From a virus: a DNA stretch of 64,000 nucleotides. The stretch is from the IMG/VR virus record IMGVR_UViG_3300031463_000001, positions 60,899-124,898 of that record. The stretch is one strand, 5' to 3'. The translations under genes and the position numbers were made by a program. Under the pieces are notes generated by a model. It was not told the origin of the DNA, did not search any database, and was given only the letters and a program-made list of their open reading frames with translations. Of this stretch, positions 36,450 through 45,129 are shown in pieces (positions within the stretch are counted from its first letter, which is position 1; each line of letters begins with the position of its first letter).

Positions 36450-36959
36450 ATGGAAAAGGTTGACATAAATGGTATAATAAATGAATTAAAAGCTCGTTCG
36501 AATACAATTACAGATATCGATAAGGAAGATCTTGGTGATGTTATTGAGTTTTACGAGAAACATAAGGATGGTGAGTATTTTGGGACGACATTGAGCTACA
36601 ATACGGAGGAATATTTACGAGAGTTTCGTGAACTTTGGAATAAATACGAGAAAGTCGAGTTCGTATATATAAGTAAACGTGCAAGTATATTTTGGGTAAG
36701 TGGAGTTCGAGCTGTGGATGTTGTGAAAAAGTATAACCTAACAATTTCGTTTTTCGATTGTGATGAGGAGAAAATGAAGCATATAACAGAGGCAGAGAAA
36801 GCATTGGTTAGAGCTGGAGTACATTTTGATACAGGATACGATTTTCAAGAGAAAAGGCGAGATTGGTTTTTTGACTGGTCATTGAGGGGGGCAATTGTAA
36901 AGTTAAAGGATAGTTTAGGGGAAGGAAAACGAGAAGGACAGAAAACATTCGAATTGTAG
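36450..36959 (+). CDS. Hypothetical protein
   Basis: AGGAGG RBS. Confidence 0.65.
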   Translation: MEKVDINGIINELKARSNTITDIDKEDLGDVIEFYEKHKDGEYFGTTLSYNTEEYLREFRELWNKYEKVEFVYISKRASIFWVSGVRAVDVVKKYNLTISFFDCDEEKMKHITEAEKALVRAGVHFDTGYDFQEKRRDWFFDWSLRGAIVKLKDSLGEGKREGQKTFEL

Positions 36960-37008
36960 GGGTAAATTTTTAGGAGAAATAAAGTTAATTTAATAAGGAG
37001 GTATTAAT

Positions 37009-37443
37009 ATGATAATAGATAAAAGATCAGGAGCACCACAAATTCCAGAGGGCGAATATGAGGCTGAATTAGAATCTGTGGCTGAGGAGGTTGCAACCTT
37101 TAGTGGAGGAGATACTTATCCTTACCTAAAGTTTAAGTTCAACATACTAAATCAAGAATACTTTGGGAAAAAGGTAGATGCATCTGTTCCAAATAATTTT
37201 TCTATTGGAACTAAATTGGAGAGTTTGTTAAAGGGATTTGGAATAGATATAAGTAAAGTATCTCAAGTTGATACCGACCAATTAATTGGTGTTAAAGTTA
37301 AAGTGTTAGTAGAACATGTGACTAATAAGAAAGGGTTTAAATATGCAAATGTTACTAAGGTTTTACCCTTAAAACGTGCAAACTCAGAAACGCCTCAACC
37401 TAACTTAGGCCCTAAGAAATCAACATCAGAAATTCCTTTTTAA
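37009..37443 (+). CDS. Phage single-stranded DNA-binding protein (DUF669-like OB fold)
   Basis: IPEGEYEA..., beta-rich core, SSB-type C-terminus EIPF; next to recA. Confidence 0.7.
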   Translation: MIIDKRSGAPQIPEGEYEAELESVAEEVATFSGGDTYPYLKFKFNILNQEYFGKKVDASVPNNFSIGTKLESLLKGFGIDISKVSQVDTDQLIGVKVKVLVEHVTNKKGFKYANVTKVLPLKRANSETPQPNLGPKKSTSEIPF

Positions 37444-37452
37444 AAAAAGATT

Positions 37453-39411
37453 ATGGAGAACAAAGATATAAATAAGGTGTTGAAAAAGATAGAAGATTCC
37501 TATGGGGTACGTATCCGCAAATTGAACGATTTTAAAGAACAGGTGGATAGTATCCCATCGGGATCTCTTATTTTAGATGAAGCACTAGGAGTAGGAGGAT
37601 ATCCAAGGGGAAGATTAGTTGAGGTTTATGGAGAATTTAGTTCGGGTAAATGTGTTTCAGCAAATTCATATCTTTTTACTGAAGAGGGTCTTTTAACATT
37701 AAAAGAGTTGAATCCTTCTTTAAAAAATCAAACTTTTAAAGAATTAAAAATTTCTCTTTTAACTAATAAATTTCTTGCTAAAAGTAAATATATATATAAT
37801 GATGGATTTAAAAGAAGTTTAAAAATTTTTACTGAAAGTGGTTTTGAATTGATAGGATCTCTAGAAACAACTAAAGTTATGGTTTTAAGTGGTGAAGGTT
37901 TAAAATGGGTTCCTCTTAAAGATTTGAAAATTGGAGATGTAATTTTAATAGGAAAAGAAGGAAATGTTTTTGGCAAAACAAAAATAAAAAAATCTTTAAA
38001 ACAAATTTATGAATGGGGAAAGAGTTATGGAAAATCTTTTAATAATAAAAAATTTCCAATTGAAATAAGAAAAGCTCCAAAGGAACAGGTGATTGCTTTT
38101 TTGGGAGGATTGATTGAATCTGTGGGAAGTATATATGAGTCTTGTTTGTTTTTTAGTTTACCTGAAGAATGGATTAAAATTATTCAATTGTTTCTTTTAG
38201 ATTTTGGAATTGTTTCTTATAGAAAAGTGTTAATTAATAGTCATTTAAATACTTTGTTTGTAATTAAAAACAATTTGATAAGATTTAAATTAATTTTTAA
38301 TAAATATTGTAAATTTTGTAAAGATATAGTTTCTTCTGAAGGACTTGAAATGATTCCATTTGGATGGATTTTAATGGAAAAATTTAAGAAATTTATTAAG
38401 CCTGATTATAGGATGGATTTAAGCAGAAAAAATGCTACAAGATATGAGATAATTGAATTACTTAAATTATTTTCTAAATATAGAGGAAATCCTTTATATA
38501 CTTTATTAAGAGAGGTGGTTGTAGGAAATTATGTTTTTGATGAAGTAAAAGAATTATCTATTATAGAGAAAGAGGAGGTTTGGGATTTAACAATTCCATT
38601 TTTTCATAATTTTGTTGCTAATGGAATTGTGGTTCATAATACTCTTTTAGGTTTATTGGGGATAGCAAGTGTTCAGAAAAAAGGAGGTAAAGCATTATTT
38701 ATTGATGCAGAATATACATTAGATTTAAAATGGGCTAAAACTTTAGGAGTAAATATAGATGAATTGTATGTAATTCAAGAAAATTGTTTGGAAACAGTAA
38801 TAAATATTATAGAAAAAATTTTAGATGAATCTTTGTTTGACTTAATTGTGGTTGATTCAGTAACAGCTTTAATTCCTCAAAAAGAATTAAATGGAGAGAT
38901 GGAGGATCAAAATATAGCTTTGCAAGCTCGATTAATGTCACAAGCTTTACGAAGGTTGGTGGGTAAATTAAGTAAAAGTAAAGCAGTGATTCTTTTTATA
39001 AACCAGCTAAGAGATAATGTAGGAGTGTTGTTTGGAGATCCTTCAGTTACTCCAGGAGGTAGAGCTTTAAAATTTTATTCTTCAGTTAGAATTAAAGTAG
39101 GTAAAGAATCTGGAAGTGATATTAAGAAAGATGGGATTAAGATAGGACATAGATTAAAATTTAAAGTTGAAAAAAATAAAGTAGCTGCTCCTTTTAAAGA
39201 AGGAAGTACTTTATTGTATTATGGTAAAGGTATAGATGAAATAAGAGAACTTTTAGAGTTTGGAATGTTGAAAAATGTGATTAAATTAACTGGAAATACA
39301 TATATTTATAGGGAATCTAAGTGGGTTGGATTTGAAAAAATGTTAGAGGAATTTAGAAATAATAACGATTTAGTAGCAGATCTTAAAAAAGATCTAAATT
39401 TGTCTTCATGA
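37453..39411 (+). CDS. recA: RecA recombinase with an intein
   Basis: LGVGGYPRGR.VE.YG..SSGK, FIDAE, VVDSV, ARLMSQALR, FINQLR, TPGGRALKFYSSVR, KNKVA.PF. Confidence 0.95.
   Translation: MENKDINKVLKKIEDSYGVRIRKLNDFKEQVDSIPSGSLILDEALGVGGYPRGRLVEVYGEFSSGKCVSANSYLFTEEGLLTLKELNPSLKNQTFKELKISLLTNKFLAKSKYIYNDGFKRSLKIFTESGFELIGSLETTKVMVLSGEGLKWVPLKDLKIGDVILIGKEGNVFGKTKIKKSLKQIYEWGKSYGKSFNNKKFPIEIRKAPKEQVIAFLGGLIESVGSIYESCLFFSLPEEWIKIIQLFLLDFGIVSYRKVLINSHLNTLFVIKNNLIRFKLIFNKYCKFCKDIVSSEGLEMIPFGWILMEKFKKFIKPDYRMDLSRKNATRYEIIELLKLFSKYRGNPLYTLLREVVVGNYVFDEVKELSIIEKEEVWDLTIPFFHNFVANGIVVHNTLLGLLGIASVQKKGGKALFIDAEYTLDLKWAKTLGVNIDELYVIQENCLETVINIIEKILDESLFDLIVVDSVTALIPQKELNGEMEDQNIALQARLMSQALRRLVGKLSKSKAVILFINQLRDNVGVLFGDPSVTPGGRALKFYSSVRIKVGKESGSDIKKDGIKIGHRLKFKVEKNKVAAPFKEGSTLLYYGKGIDEIRELLEFGMLKNVIKLTGNTYIYRESKWVGFEKMLEEFRNNNDLVADLKKDLNLSS
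37651..38640 (+). mobile_element. Intein (330 aa) with a degenerate LAGLIDADG homing endonuclease, in the RecA P-loop
   Basis: Begins CVSANS after SSGK; ends VWDLTIP..HNFVANGIVVHN before Thr; AFLGGLIESVG motif. Confidence 0.92.
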
Positions 39412-40319
39412 TTAAATCAATAAAGTTGAATAATTTTCAATCTCATGCTTCATCATTGTTAGAATTAAGTGATGGTTTTACAGGTATAATTGGTGCATCA
39501 AGAAGTGGAAAGTCATCTCTTGTAAGAGCTTTAAGGTGGTTATTTTTTGGAAAATGGAGATCTTCTTATATTAGACATAATTCGAAAACATCAAGTATTG
39601 AAGTAAAAATTGATAAAGATGATGTTAGGTGGGTAAAAGGTGAAACAATAAATAAACTTATTATTAATGGTAAAACATTTACAGGATTTGGGAACGATTT
39701 ACCTGAAGAGTTTTTAAAAATATTTAAATGGATTTCTTTAGGGGAGGATCTTATAATTGCATCACAAGATGATCCACCTTTTTTACTTTTTAATAAATCT
39801 CTTGAAAGATGTAATGTTTTTGATAATTCTGTAGGTGTTACTAATATTCTTTTGTGGATTGAGGATATAAAAAATAGAATTAACCAAAAAGTTAACTTAA
39901 TTAAAAAATCGGAAGAAGAAGTTGATTTAGTAGATAATAAATTAAAAAAGTTAAAAGATGTTGAAGTTAAATTAAATAAAGTTAAAATTTTGCAGGGTGA
40001 AGTTTTAAAACTTAATAAAAAGAAAGAGGATTTAGATAAAATAATTAAATTAAATATTTTTATAAGAAATAAAGAAAATGAATTAAAAACGATAACCTCA
40101 AAATTAATAAATTTACAGAAATATGAAAATATTATTTTAGATTTTTATGTGAAAGAAAAATTGTTTGATTTAAAAGAAAATATAAGAGAAAAGAAGATTA
40201 ATTTAGATGAAATTGATAAAATTTTAGAAAAAAAACAAAATGAATTAAAAGAATTAGTTAAGAATGGAGTAATATGTCCTATATGTAAACGACCCATTGA
40301 AGATATAAGTGAAATATGA
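39408..40319 (+). CDS. SbcC/Rad50 N-terminal half (Walker A, coiled coil, zinc hook)
   Basis: LNNFQSH, GASRSGKS, Q-loop SQ, terminal CPIC. Confidence 0.85.
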   Translation: MIKSIKLNNFQSHASSLLELSDGFTGIIGASRSGKSSLVRALRWLFFGKWRSSYIRHNSKTSSIEVKIDKDDVRWVKGETINKLIINGKTFTGFGNDLPEEFLKIFKWISLGEDLIIASQDDPPFLLFNKSLERCNVFDNSVGVTNILLWIEDIKNRINQKVNLIKKSEEEVDLVDNKLKKLKDVEVKLNKVKILQGEVLKLNKKKEDLDKIIKLNIFIRNKENELKTITSKLINLQKYENIILDFYVKEKLFDLKENIREKKINLDEIDKILEKKQNELKELVKNGVICPICKRPIEDISEI

Positions 40320-41164
40320 AATTTTTATTTACTACGGATTGGCATCTTTCTGATAAAATTCCTACTTCAAGAACAGAATTGTATTTAAATAATCAATGGA
40401 ATAAAGTAAAGGAAGTTTTATCTATAGCAGAATCGTATAAAGTTGATTTCATTTTACATGGTGGGGATTTGTTTGATGAATATAATATTTCTTTTTTGGT
40501 AATTTCGAATTTAGTTAATATTCTTAAAAATTCTAAAATTCCCTTTTTGGTGATTCCTGGAAATCATGATTTATATGGAAATAATGTTAATTCTTTAAAT
40601 AAATGTGCCATATATATTGTTTCTTTAATAAAAGTTATTGATTTAGTAATTAAACCTATTGTTATTGATAAATTTAAATTTGTACCTGTTTTACCTGATC
40701 AAATAGATAAAATAGATTGGATAGGAGATATTTATATAGTTCATAATTTGGTTACACCTAATCCGCTCCCATTTAAGCATGTTTTATGTAAAGATTTAGA
40801 TTTATTTAATGATAAATTATTCTTATGTGGAGATTTTCATCAACCTTATGAATATAAAGGAAAAAGTCTTTTTTTAAATCCGGGATGTTTAGGGAGAAGA
40901 TCCATAAGTGAAAAAAATATTGATTTAGCAGTATATATAATAAATATGGAACCTTTTAATTATCAGAAAGTATTTTTAAAAAGTAAAGTAGACGATTTTG
41001 TGATGAAAATAGAAGATAAAAAATTTGATTTTTTAAATAAGAAAATAGATATTGATTTAACTAATTTTAGAATTAAGGATATAATATTGAAAGTAGAAGA
41101 AAATTTGAAAATAAGTAAAGAAGCACGTAGTTTGATTGAAGAGGAGATAAATAAATATGTTTGA
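40316..41164 (+). CDS. sbcD: SbcD/Mre11 metallophosphoesterase nuclease
   Basis: DWH, GGDLFD, PGNHD, VH, GDFH, NPG. Confidence 0.9.
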   Translation: MKFLFTTDWHLSDKIPTSRTELYLNNQWNKVKEVLSIAESYKVDFILHGGDLFDEYNISFLVISNLVNILKNSKIPFLVIPGNHDLYGNNVNSLNKCAIYIVSLIKVIDLVIKPIVIDKFKFVPVLPDQIDKIDWIGDIYIVHNLVTPNPLPFKHVLCKDLDLFNDKLFLCGDFHQPYEYKGKSLFLNPGCLGRRSISEKNIDLAVYIINMEPFNYQKVFLKSKVDDFVMKIEDKKFDFLNKKIDIDLTNFRIKDIILKVEENLKISKEARSLIEEEINKYV

Positions 41165-41393
41165 GAAAGTAAAAAAATTGAAAAGTGAAATTGAAGATTT
41201 AATTTTGAAAAAGACAAAAATAGAAGTTGAGTTAGAAAGTTTAAAAAAGGAACTTTATGAAATATTAGAAGAAAACTCACTTCCTAAAAATATAGATGAT
41301 AAAAAAATTGATGAAATGTATAATGAAGCTTTGAAAAAAATTGAGGAAATTAAAAATGAATTTAATAACGAATTTAGAGACTACCAAAATTAA
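41157..41393 (+). CDS. Short coiled-coil protein
   Basis: GAGGAG RBS; heptad pattern. Confidence 0.6.
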   Translation: MFEKVKKLKSEIEDLILKKTKIEVELESLKKELYEILEENSLPKNIDDKKIDEMYNEALKKIEEIKNEFNNEFRDYQN

Positions 41394-41985
41394 ATTAGAA
41401 CAATTATTAATTGAAAAAGCTAGGTTATTGGAATCTAGTACTGAAATAAAAAGAGAGGTTAAAAATTTGGAAAAAGAAAAAAAGATTTTAGAAGAGGTAA
41501 AAGATTGCTTGTTGAAATCTCAAGAAGAAGTTAGGAAACAGTCTATTTCTTTTACTGAAAATATTGTTAATTGGGGATTAAAAGAAATTTTTAATAATCC
41601 CAATTTAGAATTTAAAATAGAATTAGTTTATAAATGGAATAAACCGGAAATGAATTTTTTAGTAAGATTTGATAAAAATGTACCATTTATAGATGTGGTA
41701 GATGGTGAAGCAGGAGGAATGAAAGATATTATAGGAGTTATGTTAAGATTTGCAATAATTTTGTTAAATAATAGATTTGATTTTCCTATAATATTGGATG
41801 AAGTTGGGAAACATGTAAGTAAAGAATATAGAAAGAATTTTGCAAAATTTTTAAAAGTTTTTAGTGAAAAATTTCAAAAACAAATTATTTTAATAACTCA
41901 TCAAGATGAGGTTATTGAAGAATGTCATAAGGTAATAAAATTTAAATTAGGGAATAAAAATGAAACTACAATTAACATTGATTAA
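41356..41985 (+). CDS. SbcC/Rad50 C-terminal half
   Basis: Coiled coil, then signature-like EAGG, Walker B IILDE and H-loop LITH. Confidence 0.85.
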   Translation: MNLITNLETTKIKLEQLLIEKARLLESSTEIKREVKNLEKEKKILEEVKDCLLKSQEEVRKQSISFTENIVNWGLKEIFNNPNLEFKIELVYKWNKPEMNFLVRFDKNVPFIDVVDGEAGGMKDIIGVMLRFAIILLNNRFDFPIILDEVGKHVSKEYRKNFAKFLKVFSEKFQKQIILITHQDEVIEECHKVIKFKLGNKNETTINID

Positions 41986-42265
41986 GGTGAGTGTGAAAGA
42001 TGAAATTGAATTAAAAAAAATAAAAACAATTTTGGCTTCATTTTATCCTAAAATACCAAGATATGTATTAGTGGAAAATAAGAGAAAATATTTAATTAAA
42101 GCTACTTTAATGGTAAATAATTTAGAGGAAATAAGATCTTATTTTAATGTTACTGATAAAGAGTGGAGAATTTTTAAAGAAGGAATTAAGGCTAGAAAGG
42201 GTGAAGCAATAGTTTTAGTTAATTCTAGAATAATAGAATGGGAAAGATTAAAAAAGAATGTCTAA
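41960..42265 (+). CDS. Hypothetical protein
   Basis: Coupled ORF. Confidence 0.55.
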   Translation: MKLQLTLIKVSVKDEIELKKIKTILASFYPKIPRYVLVENKRKYLIKATLMVNNLEEIRSYFNVTDKEWRIFKEGIKARKGEAIVLVNSRIIEWERLKKNV

Positions 42266-42806
42266 TAAAGGATATTCATTAGAAAGAGAAATTGAGTTAC
42301 TGTTTATTGATATAGCTGGTTTATCTCCTGATGTTCCTTTTTTTAAACGTCCTCATAGAGTTTCTTTTTCAGGAGCAATGAGAGGAGAAAAAGGAGATGT
42401 GGTAGGATTATTCAATTTTTTAAATTATCCTTTATTAGTAGAATGTAAAAGTAGGTGTATAAAAAATAAAAGGGATCAAGTAATATATCTAGAAAATGAG
42501 TGGCTTCCTAAAATTGACGAAGAAGCCCGATTAATTGAAGCTCTTCCTTTATTAATAGTTTCATTTAAAAGAAAACAGATAAAAAGAATATGGGTAATAA
42601 TGAATAAAAAAAATTTTGAAAAATTATTTGGATTAGTTAATGATATACCTAGTGTAAAATTGAAAAGGGGAAAAAAGAATATAGTTTTATGTTATAATAT
42701 TATAACGAAATATGATATACTTCAATTTGAAGATTTAATTATGTTTCCATTAGAAAGATTAACAAATAGATTAAAGGAGATAAGAGATGGAATGCGAAAA
42801 ATGTAG
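42258..42806 (+). CDS. Hjc-type PD-(D/E)xK Holliday junction resolvase
   Basis: KGYSLERE, R...SGA, GDV, LVECK. Confidence 0.75.
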   Translation: MSNKGYSLEREIELLFIDIAGLSPDVPFFKRPHRVSFSGAMRGEKGDVVGLFNFLNYPLLVECKSRCIKNKRDQVIYLENEWLPKIDEEARLIEALPLLIVSFKRKQIKRIWVIMNKKNFEKLFGLVNDIPSVKLKRGKKNIVLCYNIITKYDILQFEDLIMFPLERLTNRLKEIRDGMRKM

Positions 42807-45129
42807 TTTAAATAAGAATAAAAATCATTTCTTAAAGGGTTGGGGATCTTTGGATGCCTCAATAGTATTTGTAGGAGAAATAGCTGAAGAGGAAGATCTT
42901 AAAGCTAAAAAATTATTATCAGGTTTGTTAGGTGTTTATTTTAATAGAACAATTTCTAGTTATTTTAATATGGAAGATATTTATTATACTACGGCACTTA
43001 AATGTCGACCCATTGGATGGAGAAGTACTGCAGTAAAAAATGATGATATATTTATATGTAGGGAAGATTTAAAGAATGAATTAGATAATTTAAAGAATAA
43101 GAAAGTTATTGTAGCTATGGGAAATATTGCTTTAAGATCTTTAATAAAAAGTAAAAATGCTCAAATAATGAAATATAGGGGAAATCCTATATGGAGTGAT
43201 GAATTTCAATGTTGGATTTTTCCTGTTTTGAATATTGTTACTGTTTTTAAAGTTCCTCAATATCAATCTGTTTTTTTAATGGATTTGATTAAAATTAAAC
43301 AACTTTTAAATTCTTCTTTTTCTATTCAAAATAATTTACCCCAAACTTATATATTAACAAATAGAGAAGATTTAGAAAGAGAATTAAATAATTTATCTAC
43401 TAAAGGAGTATATGCTATAGATATAGAAACTAGTGGATTTGATTGGAATAAAGATATTATAGGAGGTATTTCTTTTTGTTATTCATCAGATAAAACTTTT
43501 TATGTTCCCCTTAAGGATGGAGATGGAAATAAATATTGGGAGGATGAAGTTGAGATATTAAAAAGAATAACTCAGACTGATGCAAAAAAAGTTTTTGCAA
43601 ATGGTAAATTTGATATTAAATTTTTAACAATTAATGGTTCTCCTGTTAAAAATTTTTATTTTGATGTAATTCTGGCTCATTCAATAATTGATGAAAATTT
43701 ACAAGGAATGCATGATATTAAAACTTTATCTAATCTTTATTTGAATTTGAATCATTATGAACAAGAATTAGAGGATTATAAAAAGAAAAATAAAGAATGT
43801 AAAGAAAATTATTTAAAAATTCCTTTAGCTATTTTGGGTAAATATGGAGCTATTGATAGTTGGGTAACTTTTGAATTATATAAAATATTTATTAAAAAAT
43901 TAGTAGAGGAAGAACTATTTAAATTTCATCATGATTTTCAGATTCCTTTGTCAAATTTTTTAATGGAGATGGAGTTGAATGGAGTTTATGTTTTTGAAGA
44001 TAAAGCTTTAAAATTAAAAGAAGATTGTTTAAAGGAAATGGATGAAATACAAAAAAAGTTGAATGAGTTGATTGGAGAATCTATTAATTTAAATTCTAAT
44101 AAACAATTAAGTAATGCGATTAAAAAAATGGGATTAAAAATTCCTAAGGGAGGAATGACAGCTACAGGTTTAGTGGCTACTTCAGAAGAATGTATGCAAA
44201 AAATTAGTGAAATGAATCCTCAATGTGAATTACCCCAACTTATTATAAGATATAGGAAAAATGCTAAAATAGTGAGTACTTTTGTGGATGGTATGCTTAA
44301 ATTAAGAGATGAGAATGGAAGAGTTCATCCAGATTTTATTCAACATGATGTGGTTACAGGTAGAGTTGTTACAAGGAATCCTAATTTACAAGGTATTCCT
44401 AGAGATAATAGGGTTAGATCACTTTTTGGAGTTCCATTTGGAAAAAAATTGGTAGAAATGGATTATAACGCAGCTGAAGTTAGGGTATGGGCTCATTATA
44501 TTAATGATAAAAATTTAATTGATGCATTTAAAGAAGATATAGATATTTATAAATATATGGCACAAAAGATTTTTGGTGTTCCTATTGATCAAGTTACGCA
44601 TGATCAAAGACAACAAATGAAAGGAGTTGTATTAGGATTAATGTATGGTAGAGGAGTGTGGTCGATTGCGGATGAATTTAAAATGTCAGTTGAGGATGCT
44701 CAACTTATAGTAAATTCTTTTTTCCAACAATTTCCTAATGCTTTAAGATGGATGAATTTAACTAAAAAATTTTTAAAAGAAAAAGGTTATGTAAGAAGTT
44801 TGTTTGGTAGGAAAAGAAGATTATTAGGAGTTAATAGTTTTAATGAACAAATTAGAGAGGAAGCATATAGACAATCTATTAATTTTCCTATTCAATCCTC
44901 CACATCAGATTTAAATTTTTTAGTTGGAATGCGAACGATGGAACAAAGTAAAAAACAAAATTTAAAGGTTAAAGTTATTTTGGCAGTTCATGATTCGTTA
45001 TTATTTGAGGCAGATGAAAAAGATGTAGATCCTTTTATAAAGATAATAAATGAACAAATTGAAAAAATTCCTTTAAGAGTCCCATTGAAAAATGATATTA
45101 AGGTAAGTGAATGTTGGTCGAAAACTTAA
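42787..45129 (+). CDS. polA: Family A DNA polymerase with N-terminal family-4 UDG-like domain and 3'-5' exonuclease
   Basis: CxxC..., VFVGE, KCRP (UDG); DIET, NGKFD, Y...D (exonuclease); TGR, PNLQ, DY...E.R, R...K....GLMYG, HD (polymerase A). Confidence 0.93.
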   Translation: MECEKCSLNKNKNHFLKGWGSLDASIVFVGEIAEEEDLKAKKLLSGLLGVYFNRTISSYFNMEDIYYTTALKCRPIGWRSTAVKNDDIFICREDLKNELDNLKNKKVIVAMGNIALRSLIKSKNAQIMKYRGNPIWSDEFQCWIFPVLNIVTVFKVPQYQSVFLMDLIKIKQLLNSSFSIQNNLPQTYILTNREDLERELNNLSTKGVYAIDIETSGFDWNKDIIGGISFCYSSDKTFYVPLKDGDGNKYWEDEVEILKRITQTDAKKVFANGKFDIKFLTINGSPVKNFYFDVILAHSIIDENLQGMHDIKTLSNLYLNLNHYEQELEDYKKKNKECKENYLKIPLAILGKYGAIDSWVTFELYKIFIKKLVEEELFKFHHDFQIPLSNFLMEMELNGVYVFEDKALKLKEDCLKEMDEIQKKLNELIGESINLNSNKQLSNAIKKMGLKIPKGGMTATGLVATSEECMQKISEMNPQCELPQLIIRYRKNAKIVSTFVDGMLKLRDENGRVHPDFIQHDVVTGRVVTRNPNLQGIPRDNRVRSLFGVPFGKKLVEMDYNAAEVRVWAHYINDKNLIDAFKEDIDIYKYMAQKIFGVPIDQVTHDQRQQMKGVVLGLMYGRGVWSIADEFKMSVEDAQLIVNSFFQQFPNALRWMNLTKKFLKEKGYVRSLFGRKRRLLGVNSFNEQIREEAYRQSINFPIQSSTSDLNFLVGMRTMEQSKKQNLKVKVILAVHDSLLFEADEKDVDPFIKIINEQIEKIPLRVPLKNDIKVSECWSKT

